Positions 14,783 through 24,925 of a stretch of DNA of 32,000 bases are shown here, piece by piece; positions within the stretch are counted from its first letter, which is position 1, and the number at the start of each line of letters is the position of its first letter. The stretch is from Lachnospiraceae bacterium. Its GTDB lineage: Bacteria > Bacillota > Clostridia > Lachnospirales > Lachnospiraceae. Made by a program: the position numbers and the translations under genes. The notes under the pieces are model-generated. The model did not search any database. It saw only the letters and a list, made by a program, of their open reading frames with translations, and had not been told where the DNA came from. The DNA lies in NCBI GenBank assembly GCA_017432565.1, contig JAFRIW010000007.1, positions 4,147 through 36,146 on the forward strand, in the 5' to 3' direction.

Positions 14783-16843
14783 ATGAAGAGATGGAAGAAG
14801 GCTTTTCTGAGTATGATAGTGGCCGGCTGCATGGTGCTGCCGGCGGGATGCGCGATGCCTGTTCAGGCACCGGCACCGGCGCCTGAAGACGCAGCGGCTG
14901 AGGCGCCCGAAACCGCAGCTGAGACACAGGCGGCGGAGGCAGACAGTACCGCAGCGGAAGCAGCAGACACCGCAGTCGCCCCGGTCGAAATCACGGCGGA
15001 TTCGGGATATGAGGCGGCAATTTTCGACACAAGCTATGTGCACACGGTGGATGTGTCCATTGCGCCGGAGGACTGGGAGCTTCTGCTCGCGGAGCCGCTG
15101 GAGAAGGAAAAGTTTCAGGCGGATGTGACAATCGACGGAGAGACGATCACGCAGGTCTCGTTCGCGACGAAGGGCAATTACAGCCTGCTTTTTGTCGCGG
15201 AGCAGCCGGACAGTGACCGCTACAGCTACCGGATCAATTTCGGCAAATTCGTGGATGATCAGACGTATCACGGACTGGACAAGCTGAGTCTGAACAACCA
15301 GTTCAGCGATGCGACTTATATGAGGGATTACATCTGTTACCGGCTGTTCCGGCAGCTGGAGGTGGATGCACCGCTGACGAGTTATGTGTGGCTGACAGTG
15401 AACGGCGAGGACCGCGGCCTGTATATGGCTGTGGAGGACATGGACAAAGGCCACCTGAAGCGGGTCTACGGCGGCGAGGGTGTGATTTACAAGCCGGAGC
15501 CCAAAGACATTGACCTGACGCCCGATTCGCTTCGCGTGTTCATGGAGACAGGTGAGAACCCGCAGGCGCAGGCGCAGGTACACGGCGCGGACCTCTCCTA
15601 TACGGACGACGAGTTTGACAGCTACCCGGATATTCTGAAGAATGCTGAAACCAAGGCACAGGATGAAGACAAAGCCGAAGTCATCGCGGCTTTGAAGGCG
15701 CTGTCCGAAGGCCGGCCTGAGGACGCGTTTGACACGGATGAAGTCGTGCGGTTTTTTGCCGCGCATAATTTTGTCCTGAACTATGACAGCTATACGGGCG
15801 CGATGCTGCACAACCTGCTGCTGGCGGAGCAGGACGGAAAGCTCTCGCTGCTGCCGTGGGACTACAATTCCGCATTCGGCACGTTCCGGTATGGGCTCGA
15901 CGCGTCGGTGTATGAGGACGCGACGGACCTGCTGAACATGGGAATTGACACGCCGCTGATCGGCGCGTCTGAAGAGGAGCGCCCGGCCTGGGCGTGGATC
16001 CCCGCGGACAGCGCTTATCTTGAGGCGTATCACGACGCGCTGCAGATACTGCTCGCGACTTATTTTGAGAGCGGCGAATTCGGGCGGGAAGTGGACGAGA
16101 TCGCGGGCATGATTTTGCCCTATGTGGAGAAGGATCCGACGGCGTTCTACACCGCGGAGGAGTTCGAGCAGGCGGTCGCGGTGATGAAGGAGTTCAACCT
16201 GCGGCGGGCCGAGAGCGTGCGCCGGCAGCTGGACGGGGCGCTCGCGGCGGACAGCGCTCAGCAGGCGGCTGAGGACAAAGTCGATGCGGCGGACGTAAAG
16301 ATTGATGACATGGGCAGCCTGCCGCACGCCGGCGAGGGGCAAAATATGGCTGCGGCCGGGGCAGAGCAGAATGCGGCAGCGGCGGAGGATGCAGAATTGG
16401 CCGAAATTATGAAGATTGCAGAGATCACCGACAGGGCGATTCCGGTCGGTGACGTGACGGATTTCTACTATACTTACGAGAACATCAACTATAACGCGTT
16501 TTATCAGCGCTACCGGTTCTATGTGGAGGACGGGAAGTACATGTTCCGCCACGAGACGCGGGAGAGGCCGGGTGATTACGGCTGGACGACGGAGGAGGAC
16601 ATCACTGCCGAAGGGACGTATGAGCTGAGCGAGGCGGACTGGATGCGGGTGATGGCGCTTCTGCAGAACGGAAAAGTGAGCGAGCGAAATGATGACGACG
16701 TGGTCGACGGCGACGACGGGCCATGGACCTTCATTTACTGGAAGGGCGACAAAGATACGATCCAGGTGTTTAATTTTGCCTCGTATGGGGACCAGAGTGC
16801 CTTCGTGAAATTCTGTGAAGAGCTGGCCGCGCGCGGCGCATAA
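14783..16843 (+). CDS. CotH kinase-family lipoprotein with an extra C-terminal domain
   Basis: I chose the start at MKRWKK (ribosome binding site caGGAGGacgcagagcgATG). Lipobox LPAGC, then an Ala/Glu/Pro linker. The CotH-like core is YRINFGKFVDDQTYHGLDKLSLNNQFSDATYMRDYICYRLF...VNGEDRGLYMAVEDMDKGHLKRVY. Confidence 0.85.
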   Translation: MKRWKKAFLSMIVAGCMVLPAGCAMPVQAPAPAPEDAAAEAPETAAETQAAEADSTAAEAADTAVAPVEITADSGYEAAIFDTSYVHTVDVSIAPEDWELLLAEPLEKEKFQADVTIDGETITQVSFATKGNYSLLFVAEQPDSDRYSYRINFGKFVDDQTYHGLDKLSLNNQFSDATYMRDYICYRLFRQLEVDAPLTSYVWLTVNGEDRGLYMAVEDMDKGHLKRVYGGEGVIYKPEPKDIDLTPDSLRVFMETGENPQAQAQVHGADLSYTDDEFDSYPDILKNAETKAQDEDKAEVIAALKALSEGRPEDAFDTDEVVRFFAAHNFVLNYDSYTGAMLHNLLLAEQDGKLSLLPWDYNSAFGTFRYGLDASVYEDATDLLNMGIDTPLIGASEEERPAWAWIPADSAYLEAYHDALQILLATYFESGEFGREVDEIAGMILPYVEKDPTAFYTAEEFEQAVAVMKEFNLRRAESVRRQLDGALAADSAQQAAEDKVDAADVKIDDMGSLPHAGEGQNMAAAGAEQNAAAAEDAELAEIMKIAEITDRAIPVGDVTDFYYTYENINYNAFYQRYRFYVEDGKYMFRHETRERPGDYGWTTEEDITAEGTYELSEADWMRVMALLQNGKVSERNDDDVVDGDDGPWTFIYWKGDKDTIQVFNFASYGDQSAFVKFCEELAARGA

Positions 16844-16890
16844 AAGGCGCGCATAACGAAGCGTATGCGGCGTAGAGCAGGAGGAGCAAT

Positions 16891-17622
16891 ATGCGAATTC
16901 TGATGCTGGGCAACAGTTTCACTTTTTATAACGACATGCCTAAGACGCTGGCGCAGCTGACCGGCGCGGAGGTAGTCGCGCACACCCGCGGCGGGGCGTG
17001 GCTCGCGGAGCAGCTCAATCCGGAGACGGAGATGGGGCGGCGGACGCTGGCGGCGCTGGAGCAGGAGAAGTGGGATTTCGTGGTGATGCAGGAGCAGAGC
17101 CACGGTGCGATCACGGCGAAGGCTTCCTTCATGAAAAGTGTCGCGGCGCTGTGCGAAAAGGCGCGCGCGGCCGGCGCGGTGCCGGTGCTGTACGCGACCT
17201 GGGCCTACGCGCGCGACTGCGACAGGCTGGCCGAGCTCGGACTGACTTACGATGAAATGGCGCTGAAGCTGAACGAGTCCTATCACGAGGCCGCAGAGCA
17301 AAATCAGGCTCTGGTCGCGGAGGTCGGCATGCATTTTCACGACCTGGCAGATTCGCTCGATCTCTACACGGAGGACCGCAAGCATCCGAATGAGTACGGC
17401 TCCTTTATCGCGGCGGATGTGCTCGCGGATGTGATGGTGGGAAAAAACAAGAAATTACGGCAGGGCAGCACACAGCAGATTACGGAAGCGGAAATGCGTA
17501 TGCTCGATCGTTTTTTCAGAGAGGAGATTGAGGCGAAGCGCCTGGACGATTCCTTTGCACGGCTGCGGGAAGAACTTCGGCATCTGCCGCCGGTGGGTGA
17601 TGATGAAACGAGTCTTTATTGA
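16891..17622 (+). CDS. SGNH/GDSL-like hydrolase-fold protein
   Basis: Ribosome binding site GGAGGAGcaatATG. The N-terminal MRILMLGNSFTFYNDMP resembles SGNH block I, and DRKHPNEYGSFIAA resembles block V. The family call is moderate. Confidence 0.65.
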   Translation: MRILMLGNSFTFYNDMPKTLAQLTGAEVVAHTRGGAWLAEQLNPETEMGRRTLAALEQEKWDFVVMQEQSHGAITAKASFMKSVAALCEKARAAGAVPVLYATWAYARDCDRLAELGLTYDEMALKLNESYHEAAEQNQALVAEVGMHFHDLADSLDLYTEDRKHPNEYGSFIAADVLADVMVGKNKKLRQGSTQQITEAEMRMLDRFFREEIEAKRLDDSFARLREELRHLPPVGDDETSLY

Positions 17623-18247
17623 GTGGCTGCAGATCGTCGCGGGCCTGATCGTTTTCTCCTTCGGGGTTCACCTGACGATCTTCGCAAATATCGGGCTGGC
17701 GCCCTGGGACTGTCTGGGAATGGGCATTGCAGCGCACACACCGCTGAATTACGGTCTTTCGATGACCATCATTGCGGTGATCATTCTGTGCATTGATCTG
17801 CTGATGAAGGAGCGCATCGGATTCGGCACGATTATTGATGCTTTCCTCACGGGAAATGCGATTCAGATGTTCAATGACCTCAATCCTTTTGCGCTGAATA
17901 CCAGTCTTCTGAAGGGCGTTTTATGGCTGGTGGCCGGGCTGGCAATTATGGCAATCGGGATGTGGATTTACATGAGCGCGGAGCAGTGCTGCGGACCGAG
18001 AGATTCGCTGCTCGTCGGTCTGGGAAAGCGTCTTCCGAAGATACCCATCGGCATCGTCGGCGCGCTGCTGTGGGCAACCGTTTTATTGATAGGGTGGCTT
18101 TTGGGCGGGCCGGTCGGCATCGGGACTTTGATCAGCGCTTTCGGCGGCGGCGTCATCATGCAGGTCATCTACAACCTGCTGCATTTTGAGCCGCGCCGCC
18201 TGATGCATAAGGACGTACCCGAGACGCTGCGGATGATGAAGGCATAA
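17600..18247 (+). CDS. YczE/YitT-like integral membrane protein
   Basis: Contains MMKRVFIEWLQIVAGLIVFSFGVHLTIFANIGLAPWDCLGMGIA and multiple TM segments. The start overlaps the previous gene by 23 nt. Confidence 0.75.
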   Translation: MMKRVFIEWLQIVAGLIVFSFGVHLTIFANIGLAPWDCLGMGIAAHTPLNYGLSMTIIAVIILCIDLLMKERIGFGTIIDAFLTGNAIQMFNDLNPFALNTSLLKGVLWLVAGLAIMAIGMWIYMSAEQCCGPRDSLLVGLGKRLPKIPIGIVGALLWATVLLIGWLLGGPVGIGTLISAFGGGVIMQVIYNLLHFEPRRLMHKDVPETLRMMKA

Positions 18248-18274
18248 ACATAAATTTCATAAGGAGGAAGAAAA

Positions 18275-18625
18275 ATGATCAGAAGAAAGAATGAAATGGT
18301 AGTGGAAGAGGCGGAGCATCTGCGCGGGGGCGAAGGCATTGTGCACATGACGAAGCTGATTAACGTGCCGGAGGAGCTGTGCGGCAAGGGCCGCGCGTAC
18401 ACCCGCAGCATTCTGAACCCGGGCTGCAGCATCGGTTACCACATGCATGAGACTGACTCGGAGCTGTATTACATCCTGAAAGGCACCGCGGAGTACAATA
18501 ACAATGGCGAGCTTGTCACCGTCACGGAGGGCGATCTGACCATCTGCGAGCCCGGCACCGGACACGGCCTTGCCAATCACGGCACAGAGCCCGTCGAGTT
18601 CATCGCGCTGATTGTGTACGCGTGA
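18275..18625 (+). CDS. Cupin-domain protein
   Basis: Ribosome binding site AAGGAGGaagaaaaATG. Cupin motifs GYHMHETDSELYYILKG and GDLTICEPGTGHGLANHG. Confidence 0.8.
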   Translation: MIRRKNEMVVEEAEHLRGGEGIVHMTKLINVPEELCGKGRAYTRSILNPGCSIGYHMHETDSELYYILKGTAEYNNNGELVTVTEGDLTICEPGTGHGLANHGTEPVEFIALIVYA

Positions 18626-18661
18626 CGGAAGATCACGCCGCTGCAGAACGGGGGGAGCAGT

Positions 18662-20143
18662 ATGAGAGACTGGACGAGAGAAGAGAAGTATCGTTATCTG
18701 AAGGATCCGCAGGAGCTGACAGAGCTGTACCGCAAGGTCTCGGCTTCCCGGTATCGCCAGACTTTTCACAATCAGGCTGTCACGGGTCTGATGAATGACC
18801 CGAACGGGTTTGTGTGGCACGACAATGTCTGGCATCTGTTTTATCAGTGGTGTCCGTGGGGTGCGGTGCACGGTCTCAAGCACTGGTATCACATCGTGTC
18901 GAAGGACCTGATCACCTGGAAGAATCTGGGTGTGTGTCTGCTGCCCGACCAGGAGGGCGGCTACGACAACAAGGGCGCGTACTCGGGTTCGGCCATGCCG
19001 ATCGATGACAAAATCTACCTGTATTACACGGGCAATCACCGGGACGCGGACTGGACGCGGCACGCCTACACCTGCCTTGCGCGGATCGGGCGCGACGGCT
19101 GGACCGAGAAATACCCGCTTCCGCTTTTCGGCGCGCATCCGGACTATACGGAGCACCAGCGCGACCCGAAGATCATCCACATCCCGGGCAGCAGCACCTA
19201 CTACATGATCATCGGTGCACAGAGGCAAAATAAGACCGGCTGCGCCCTGGTTTACTCCTCGGAAGATCTGCAGCACGGCTGGACTTTTGCCGGAGAGCTG
19301 AAGGTGCTTGGTTTTGAGAGCTTCGGAGATATGTGGGAGTGCCCGTCGGTGGAACACATCGGCGGCAAAGACGTTCTTCTTCTGTGCCCGCAGCATCTGC
19401 TGCTGCCGGGGCGCGGCGGAAGCAGGAATCACAACGGATACATTCTGGGCAGCATGGACTGGGAGACGCTGACCTTCACGCCCGATGGCCAGTTCCACGT
19501 GCTCGATTTCGGTTTTGACTCTTACGCGGCCGCCTGTGCCAACAACATCGAGGACACGGACAAAGCGATCCTCATCGCGTGGATGGGCGTGCCGGATGTC
19601 ACTTATCCGACGGATGACGAGGACTGGGCGGGGTGCCTGACACTGCCGAGGGAGCTAACGGTGCGCAACCGTCGCCTGATTCAGCGGCCGCTGCCGAACA
19701 TGAAGAATCTGCGCGAGGACCGGATCCGGCCGGAGGAGAACGAGGCGGGCTGCTTTGACCTGCCGCGGTCAGCCGAGCTGGAGCTGGACTGCAAGCCGGG
19801 CGATGTGCGCATCTGTCTGTTTACCGACGAAAAGGGCGAAGGCGGCCTGACCATCCAGTATCTGGAGGACGCGGGAACCATCACCGTCGACCGCAGCGGC
19901 ATGCAGATCCGGTTCAACGAGTCGGAGGGCGACGACCGGACCAGGCCGCTCGAGAACGGCCTCTCGCACCTGCGGATTTTCGTCGATCACAGCTCGGTGG
20001 AAATTTTTGTCAACGACGGCGATGCTGTATTCACTTCCCGGATTTTCCCGAAGGAAGAGGAACGCTTTGCCAGGATCAGCGGCGACACCTTCCTGAGAAT
20101 GTGGACTCTGAAGCCCGCCGTGAAGGAGCAGTTCCTGATCTGA
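18662..20143 (+). CDS. Glycoside hydrolase family 32 (sucrose-6-phosphate hydrolase / beta-fructofuranosidase type)
   Basis: Carries the GH32 signatures LMNDPNGFVWHDNVWHLFYQW, QRDPKI and MWECP. Confidence 0.9.
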   Translation: MRDWTREEKYRYLKDPQELTELYRKVSASRYRQTFHNQAVTGLMNDPNGFVWHDNVWHLFYQWCPWGAVHGLKHWYHIVSKDLITWKNLGVCLLPDQEGGYDNKGAYSGSAMPIDDKIYLYYTGNHRDADWTRHAYTCLARIGRDGWTEKYPLPLFGAHPDYTEHQRDPKIIHIPGSSTYYMIIGAQRQNKTGCALVYSSEDLQHGWTFAGELKVLGFESFGDMWECPSVEHIGGKDVLLLCPQHLLLPGRGGSRNHNGYILGSMDWETLTFTPDGQFHVLDFGFDSYAAACANNIEDTDKAILIAWMGVPDVTYPTDDEDWAGCLTLPRELTVRNRRLIQRPLPNMKNLREDRIRPEENEAGCFDLPRSAELELDCKPGDVRICLFTDEKGEGGLTIQYLEDAGTITVDRSGMQIRFNESEGDDRTRPLENGLSHLRIFVDHSSVEIFVNDGDAVFTSRIFPKEEERFARISGDTFLRMWTLKPAVKEQFLI

Positions 20144-20181
20144 GTATTAGATTCAATTGCAGAGACAGAAGGAAAGACAAG

Positions 20182-21261
20182 ATGAAATTTTACATGCCGG
20201 TAAAGGTTTACCATGAGACAGACTGCGTGCGCAGTCATGCAGCGGAGCTGTGCGCTCTAGGGCGCAAGGCCCTGATCGTGACCGGGAAAAGCTCCGCGGC
20301 AAAATGCGGCGCTCTCGGGGATGTGGAAGAGGCGCTGGAGCAGGGAGGACGGCAGTTCTGCGTCTTTAATGAGGTCGAAGAGAATCCTTCGGTGGAGACG
20401 ATTGTCCGCGGCGCGCAGCTTGGCTGCGCGGAGGGGGCGGATTTTGTCATCGGCATCGGCGGCGGATCGCCCATGGACGCGGCAAAAGCAGTCGCGTTTC
20501 TGATGAAGCGCACAGGGGCGAATCCTGCGGATCTCTATGACGCCTCGCTTCCGACAGATGCGCTGCCGGTCGCGGCGGTGCCGACGACCTGCGGAACCGG
20601 TTCGGAGGTGACGGGTGTCTCGGTGCTGACCCGGCATGACAAGAGGGCCAAAGGCTCGATCCCGCACAAGATCTTTCCGAAGCTCGCGCTGGTCGACGCG
20701 AAGTACCTTGCTGCGGCGCCGCGGAAGGTGCTCGTCAACACGTCGGTCGATGCCTTTGCGCATCTGGCCGAGAGCTTTATGAGCCGCAAGGCGGACGCTT
20801 ACAGCATGGCGCCGGCGATCGCGGGCCTCTCGATCTGGGGGAGCATCCGGGACTGTCTGCTTGAGAAGAAAGCGCCGGCTCCGGAGGAGCTTGAGAGGAT
20901 GATGCGCGCGTCCGTTTTCGGCGGCATGGCGATCGCGCAGACAGGCACCTGCCTGCCGCACGCGCTCGGATACACACTGACCTATGAGCTCGGCATACCG
21001 CACGGGCCTGCCTGCGGATATTTCCTGGCCGGTTTCTTAAGAGAAGCCGGAGAGGAAGACCGGGAGGCGGTGCTGGACGCTGCGGGCTTTGCTGATTTTG
21101 ACGAGCTGGAGGAGTTCCTCGGGGATGCGCTGGGTAATCCGGCTGTGCCGCAGGAAATCCTGGAGCAGGCCTATGAGACGATGCTGGCGAACACACAGCG
21201 CCTGCAGAGCGGCCGTGTCGAGGTGGACGCCAAGGTGCTGCGGAGGATCGTCTTTAATTAA
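20182..21261 (+). CDS. Iron-containing (group III) alcohol dehydrogenase
   Basis: The track ORF is trimmed to MKFYMPVKVY at 20182. Contains the GIGGGSPMDAAKA motif and metal-binding His residues (FAHLAESF, LPHALGY). Confidence 0.9.
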   Translation: MKFYMPVKVYHETDCVRSHAAELCALGRKALIVTGKSSAAKCGALGDVEEALEQGGRQFCVFNEVEENPSVETIVRGAQLGCAEGADFVIGIGGGSPMDAAKAVAFLMKRTGANPADLYDASLPTDALPVAAVPTTCGTGSEVTGVSVLTRHDKRAKGSIPHKIFPKLALVDAKYLAAAPRKVLVNTSVDAFAHLAESFMSRKADAYSMAPAIAGLSIWGSIRDCLLEKKAPAPEELERMMRASVFGGMAIAQTGTCLPHALGYTLTYELGIPHGPACGYFLAGFLREAGEEDREAVLDAAGFADFDELEEFLGDALGNPAVPQEILEQAYETMLANTQRLQSGRVEVDAKVLRRIVFN

Positions 21262-22601
21262 ACCGGAGAAGCTTCGACGCGGCGGATGACCGACCGGTAA
21301 GCGAGGACGGAAAAAACACCTGCGCCGATCCAGGCGAGAGGATCGCAGGCCGCCGCAAGAAGGAAGCTTCCGAGCACCATGGAGGCAGCCGCCGCCGCAA
21401 TGCGGAACAACAGCTCCATGACACCGACCATCATGGGAAGAAAGCTGTAGCCGCAGCCCTGCATGGAGTTGCGGAAAATAAAAATCATTCCCAGCGGCAC
21501 GAAGCACATGGAGATCATGGACAGATACGGCGTCGCATAGACCAGCAGTGAATCCATATCCATGTCAGATGCAAAGAACAGGCTCAGTGCCTGTCTGTGG
21601 AAAAGCATGACCAGAATCCCGGCGACAATCCCGTAGACAACGGCGATGGTCACCGCGGTCCGCACGCCGGTTCTGATCCGGCCGAGTTCTTTTTTTCCGA
21701 AATTCTGTCCGACATAGGCGGACATCGTGGCGCCCAGCGCAAACATCCCCTGCATGACCAGGTTGTGATATTTGTTGGCGGATGACACCGCCGCGACTGC
21801 GGTCGCTCCGAAGAGATTCAGGGCGGACTGCATAATCACTGTTCCGGATGCGGTGATGGCAAACTGCAGTGCCATCGGGATCGCCATCTTCAGCTGCACC
21901 CTTGAGATTTCACGGTCAAAATGGAGCATATCCCGGGACGGCAGCAGGATTTTGCCTCTTCTGAAAATATACACGCCGCACAGAAATGCCGCGATGGCCT
22001 GCGAGAGAACCGTCGCCTCGGCCGCGCCGCGGGTGCCTCGCCCGAAATTCACGATGAAAATCAGGTCCAGGAAGATGTTCAGGAATGCGGAGAAAATCAG
22101 GAAATACAGCGGGACACGGCTGTTTCCGATGGCCCGCAGAAGCGACGAGAGAAAATTGTAGGCGACATTGCAGATAATAAAAGTGCAGATCACGGAAATA
22201 TATGCATACGCATCGTCATAAATCTCCGCCGGGGTGTTGATCAGCCGCAGGAGACCGCGGATCACCGACAGCGACAGCACTGTCATCAGTGCAGCTGTAC
22301 ACACGACCAGGAGGCTTCCGTTGGCGACGCTTCGTTTCACACCATCCGCATCGCCTGCGCCGAAACGCTGTGAGGTCAGAATCGTGACGCCCTGTGTCAG
22401 GCCCATTGTCGTGCCCATCACCATAAACATGATCGTGCCCGTCGAGCCCACCGCAGCCAGCGCATTTGCGCCGACAAAACGGCCGACAATCATCGTGTCC
22501 ACCATATTGTAAAGTGTCTGGAAAATATTGCCGATCAGCAGCGGAATCATAAACCGCAGAATGACCCGGAGCGGTTTTCCGACCGTCATGTCATAACCCA
22601 T
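21258..22601 (-). CDS. MATE-family efflux transporter
   Basis: 447-aa protein with about 12 TM segments. The N-terminus is typical of MATE (GKPLRVILRFMIPLLIGNIFQTLYNMVDTMIVGRFVG). Ribosome binding site GGAGGGacagctgaATG. Confidence 0.9.
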   Translation of the reverse strand: MGYDMTVGKPLRVILRFMIPLLIGNIFQTLYNMVDTMIVGRFVGANALAAVGSTGTIMFMVMGTTMGLTQGVTILTSQRFGAGDADGVKRSVANGSLLVVCTAALMTVLSLSVIRGLLRLINTPAEIYDDAYAYISVICTFIICNVAYNFLSSLLRAIGNSRVPLYFLIFSAFLNIFLDLIFIVNFGRGTRGAAEATVLSQAIAAFLCGVYIFRRGKILLPSRDMLHFDREISRVQLKMAIPMALQFAITASGTVIMQSALNLFGATAVAAVSSANKYHNLVMQGMFALGATMSAYVGQNFGKKELGRIRTGVRTAVTIAVVYGIVAGILVMLFHRQALSLFFASDMDMDSLLVYATPYLSMISMCFVPLGMIFIFRNSMQGCGYSFLPMMVGVMELLFRIAAAAASMVLGSFLLAAACDPLAWIGAGVFSVLAYRSVIRRVEASPV

Positions 22602-22695
22602 TCAGCTGTCCCTCCGGAAAACAAGCATAACGCTTAATTGGGTGCAAATCAAATATTCAGACTGAGGGATTTTTTCTGAAAATTTCCCTGTCAGA

Positions 22696-22704
22696 TGGTA
22701 TAAT
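22696..22704 (+). promoter_or_regulatory. Extended -10 promoter element TGgTATAAT upstream of the secreted acidic protein gene
   Basis: Read directly: TG at 22696-22697 and TATAAT at 22699-22704. There is only a weak -35 box. Confidence 0.35.
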
Positions 22705-22779
22705 TTCTTTGGATGCAATTTTTCACAGGCTTTTATAAAGCGTATGTCATATCTGTTTTTAAAGAAGGGGGGTCTTCTG

Positions 22780-24105
22780 ATGAAAAAACTGTTGGCAGTT
22801 GTTTTGGGTGCTGTTCTGGCCGGCTCGCTTTTCTGTTCCGCGGCTTTCGCGCTGCCTGTCCGTGCGGACGGGAAGGCAGGCGATCAGTTTCTGGCGGATC
22901 TGCAGGATTCTCTGAACTGCATGTACCTGATTGACGAGACCGTGGGCGAGGATGAAATTGTCTGGGCAAATGAAGACGCAGATTACACGGAGCTCATGGG
23001 AAGCTATGACAATGAGCTTGATCTTCTCTACGACATGGTCAAGGACTATGCGGAACTCGAATTCGATGATGCGCGTCTGACGCTGCTCAAGGATCTGTAT
23101 ATTTCCGGACTGAAGCAGATGCTGACCGCTGTACAGTGCGAAGAAAATGATGCTTTCTATATTACGCAGTACACGGCAGGACTGCTCAGCTATCAGCAGG
23201 CACAGAACGCTCTCAGTGATGAATACGATGTAAAGATTCTGCAGGATGACTATGATCTGGGCAATGAGCTGCAGGATGTGATTCTGGACTTCTGGAGCAA
23301 TTATGATACCGAGGGACTGAAGGAAGTCATCATCGATGACAATAAGCTGATGGTCCCGGATTATTACATGCTGATTCCGTCGGAAGACGGCGAGACGGTA
23401 ATGATGTATGCAAGCGGTGATGATCTCGCACTGGCAGTGGTCGGAAGCGAGCCGATCAGCGCCGACGAATATGATGAGTTTGTCTCGACCCTTGCAGAGG
23501 CGGATGAAGCGTCGATCGCAGAAGAGATGGGACTGGATGATCCGGAGGCACTCACAGGAATTACAGAACTGCTGAGCGATGATCACTCCACTGTCGTCCG
23601 CATCGATGTTGCGCAGGAAATGGAAATCTATAACGGCATCAGCGTGCAGAACAACTGCATCTACATCGCCGCCAACCGCGAAAGCGAGCAGGCTCTTCTC
23701 TTCTACATGGGATACTCGGGAGACAGCCGGTTCGCGGATGATTTTGACGCCGCCGTGATGTCCAATTTCAACCGTGAAGACACAGAAGAAGTTTCCGACG
23801 GAGGCGATGAGACCAAAGAGCAGAATCCGATCGAGGCAGATGTCCCGGAGGGCGTCTCCCCGGAGGTGAAGGCACTGCTGGATGATTACGAAGCATTCAT
23901 CGATGAATTCGTGGAATTTGCGAAGACCGCGGATACGGAAGATCCGAGCGCCCTGCTTGATTATTTCGCAATGATCGGCAGATTCGGAGAGTTTGAGGAG
24001 AAGATGGAGAAGCTGCAGAACATGGAACTGAGCCCGGAGGAAGAGGCTTACATGCAGGAAGTGATTGAACGGATTGAGAAGAAGGTAAACGAGCTGGATC
24101 TGTAA
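22780..24105 (+). CDS. Secreted, highly acidic hypothetical protein
   Basis: I chose the start at MKKLLAVVLGAVLAGSLFCSAAFALPVRADG (signal peptide; ribosome binding site aaGGGGGGtcttctgATG). The protein is D/E-rich throughout. The C-terminal helical module is KALLDDYEAFIDEFVEFAKTADTEDPSALLDYFAMIGRFGEFEEKMEKL. Confidence 0.75.
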   Translation: MKKLLAVVLGAVLAGSLFCSAAFALPVRADGKAGDQFLADLQDSLNCMYLIDETVGEDEIVWANEDADYTELMGSYDNELDLLYDMVKDYAELEFDDARLTLLKDLYISGLKQMLTAVQCEENDAFYITQYTAGLLSYQQAQNALSDEYDVKILQDDYDLGNELQDVILDFWSNYDTEGLKEVIIDDNKLMVPDYYMLIPSEDGETVMMYASGDDLALAVVGSEPISADEYDEFVSTLAEADEASIAEEMGLDDPEALTGITELLSDDHSTVVRIDVAQEMEIYNGISVQNNCIYIAANRESEQALLFYMGYSGDSRFADDFDAAVMSNFNREDTEEVSDGGDETKEQNPIEADVPEGVSPEVKALLDDYEAFIDEFVEFAKTADTEDPSALLDYFAMIGRFGEFEEKMEKLQNMELSPEEEAYMQEVIERIEKKVNELDL

Positions 24106-24154
24106 GGATGCGTTCGGATTGACATCTTAAGTTGATGATGGGACAAAATCAGGA

Positions 24155-24892
24155 ATGAAATACTTTTGCTGGAATATTGATGACGGTCTTGAGCAGGACA
24201 AGAAGATTATTGAGGAATTCAGAAGAGACGGCATCGCCGCGACGTTCAATCTGAACGCGGGATGGTTCGGACGCAGACAGCTGATCGGCAGAGTCGGGAA
24301 TATGGGAATCAAGGATGTCCTGGAGGAAGAATTCAGACCGGGACTCCATCTGCTGAAATACAGCCCGAGTTATCGTATTCCGGAGGACGAAGTGGCGCAG
24401 GTCTACGAAGGCTTTGAGATTGCTTCGCATGGCCTGTGTCATGAGAACTTCAAGCAGATCAGTGACGAGGAGGCGGTCACAAGCATCACGGAAAACAGCC
24501 GCCGCCTGAAGGAACTGTTCGGAAATGAGATTGTCGGGTTCGCTTATCCGTATGGGGTCTGCGGACCCAACACCGAACAGCAGCTGAGGGACGCGGGCAT
24601 CCGCTATGCCCGCACGGTCGGAAAGAGCAAAGACTTCCGGCGGCCGGAAAATCCGCTGCAGCTGCCGATGACCGCCTGGCATATTGACAAGGATGTCATG
24701 GACAAAATCGACCGCTTCATCGAGGCGGACGGCGAAGAGGAAGATCTGTTCTTCCTGCTGTTTGCCCACGGCTACGAATTCGACTTCAACACGCCCGAGA
24801 GCAATTGGGAGAAATTTTACCGCATCTGTGACAGGGTCGCCGGGCGCGATGACATTGTGTGTTCCTCGACCAGGGAAGGCCTCGGAATCTGA
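24155..24892 (+). CDS. Polysaccharide deacetylase (NodB-homology) family protein
   Basis: Contains WNIDDGLEQD, ATFNLN, EIASHGLCHENF and FAYPYG, matching the NodB motif order. It has no signal peptide. Confidence 0.78.
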   Translation: MKYFCWNIDDGLEQDKKIIEEFRRDGIAATFNLNAGWFGRRQLIGRVGNMGIKDVLEEEFRPGLHLLKYSPSYRIPEDEVAQVYEGFEIASHGLCHENFKQISDEEAVTSITENSRRLKELFGNEIVGFAYPYGVCGPNTEQQLRDAGIRYARTVGKSKDFRRPENPLQLPMTAWHIDKDVMDKIDRFIEADGEEEDLFFLLFAHGYEFDFNTPESNWEKFYRICDRVAGRDDIVCSSTREGLGI

Positions 24893-24925
24893 AAACAGGA
24901 ATGATCTGAAACGTAGAGTAACAGG

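Noticed and set aside
14735-16552. 605-aa minus-strand ORF
   Set aside because: It is antisense to the CotH gene, which has clear family motifs. The translation is Arg/Leu/His-rich low-information sequence with no start context.
18257-19498. 413-aa minus-strand ORF
   Set aside because: It is antisense to the cupin and GH32 genes. No motifs are recognisable, and it is Arg/Val/Leu/Ala-rich.
21253-21262. Convergent alcohol dehydrogenase and MATE genes overlap by 4 nt, with both stop codons inside the palindrome TTTAATTAAA
   Set aside because: This is real but is most simply a coincidence of two TAA stops. No hairpin or terminator is attached to it.
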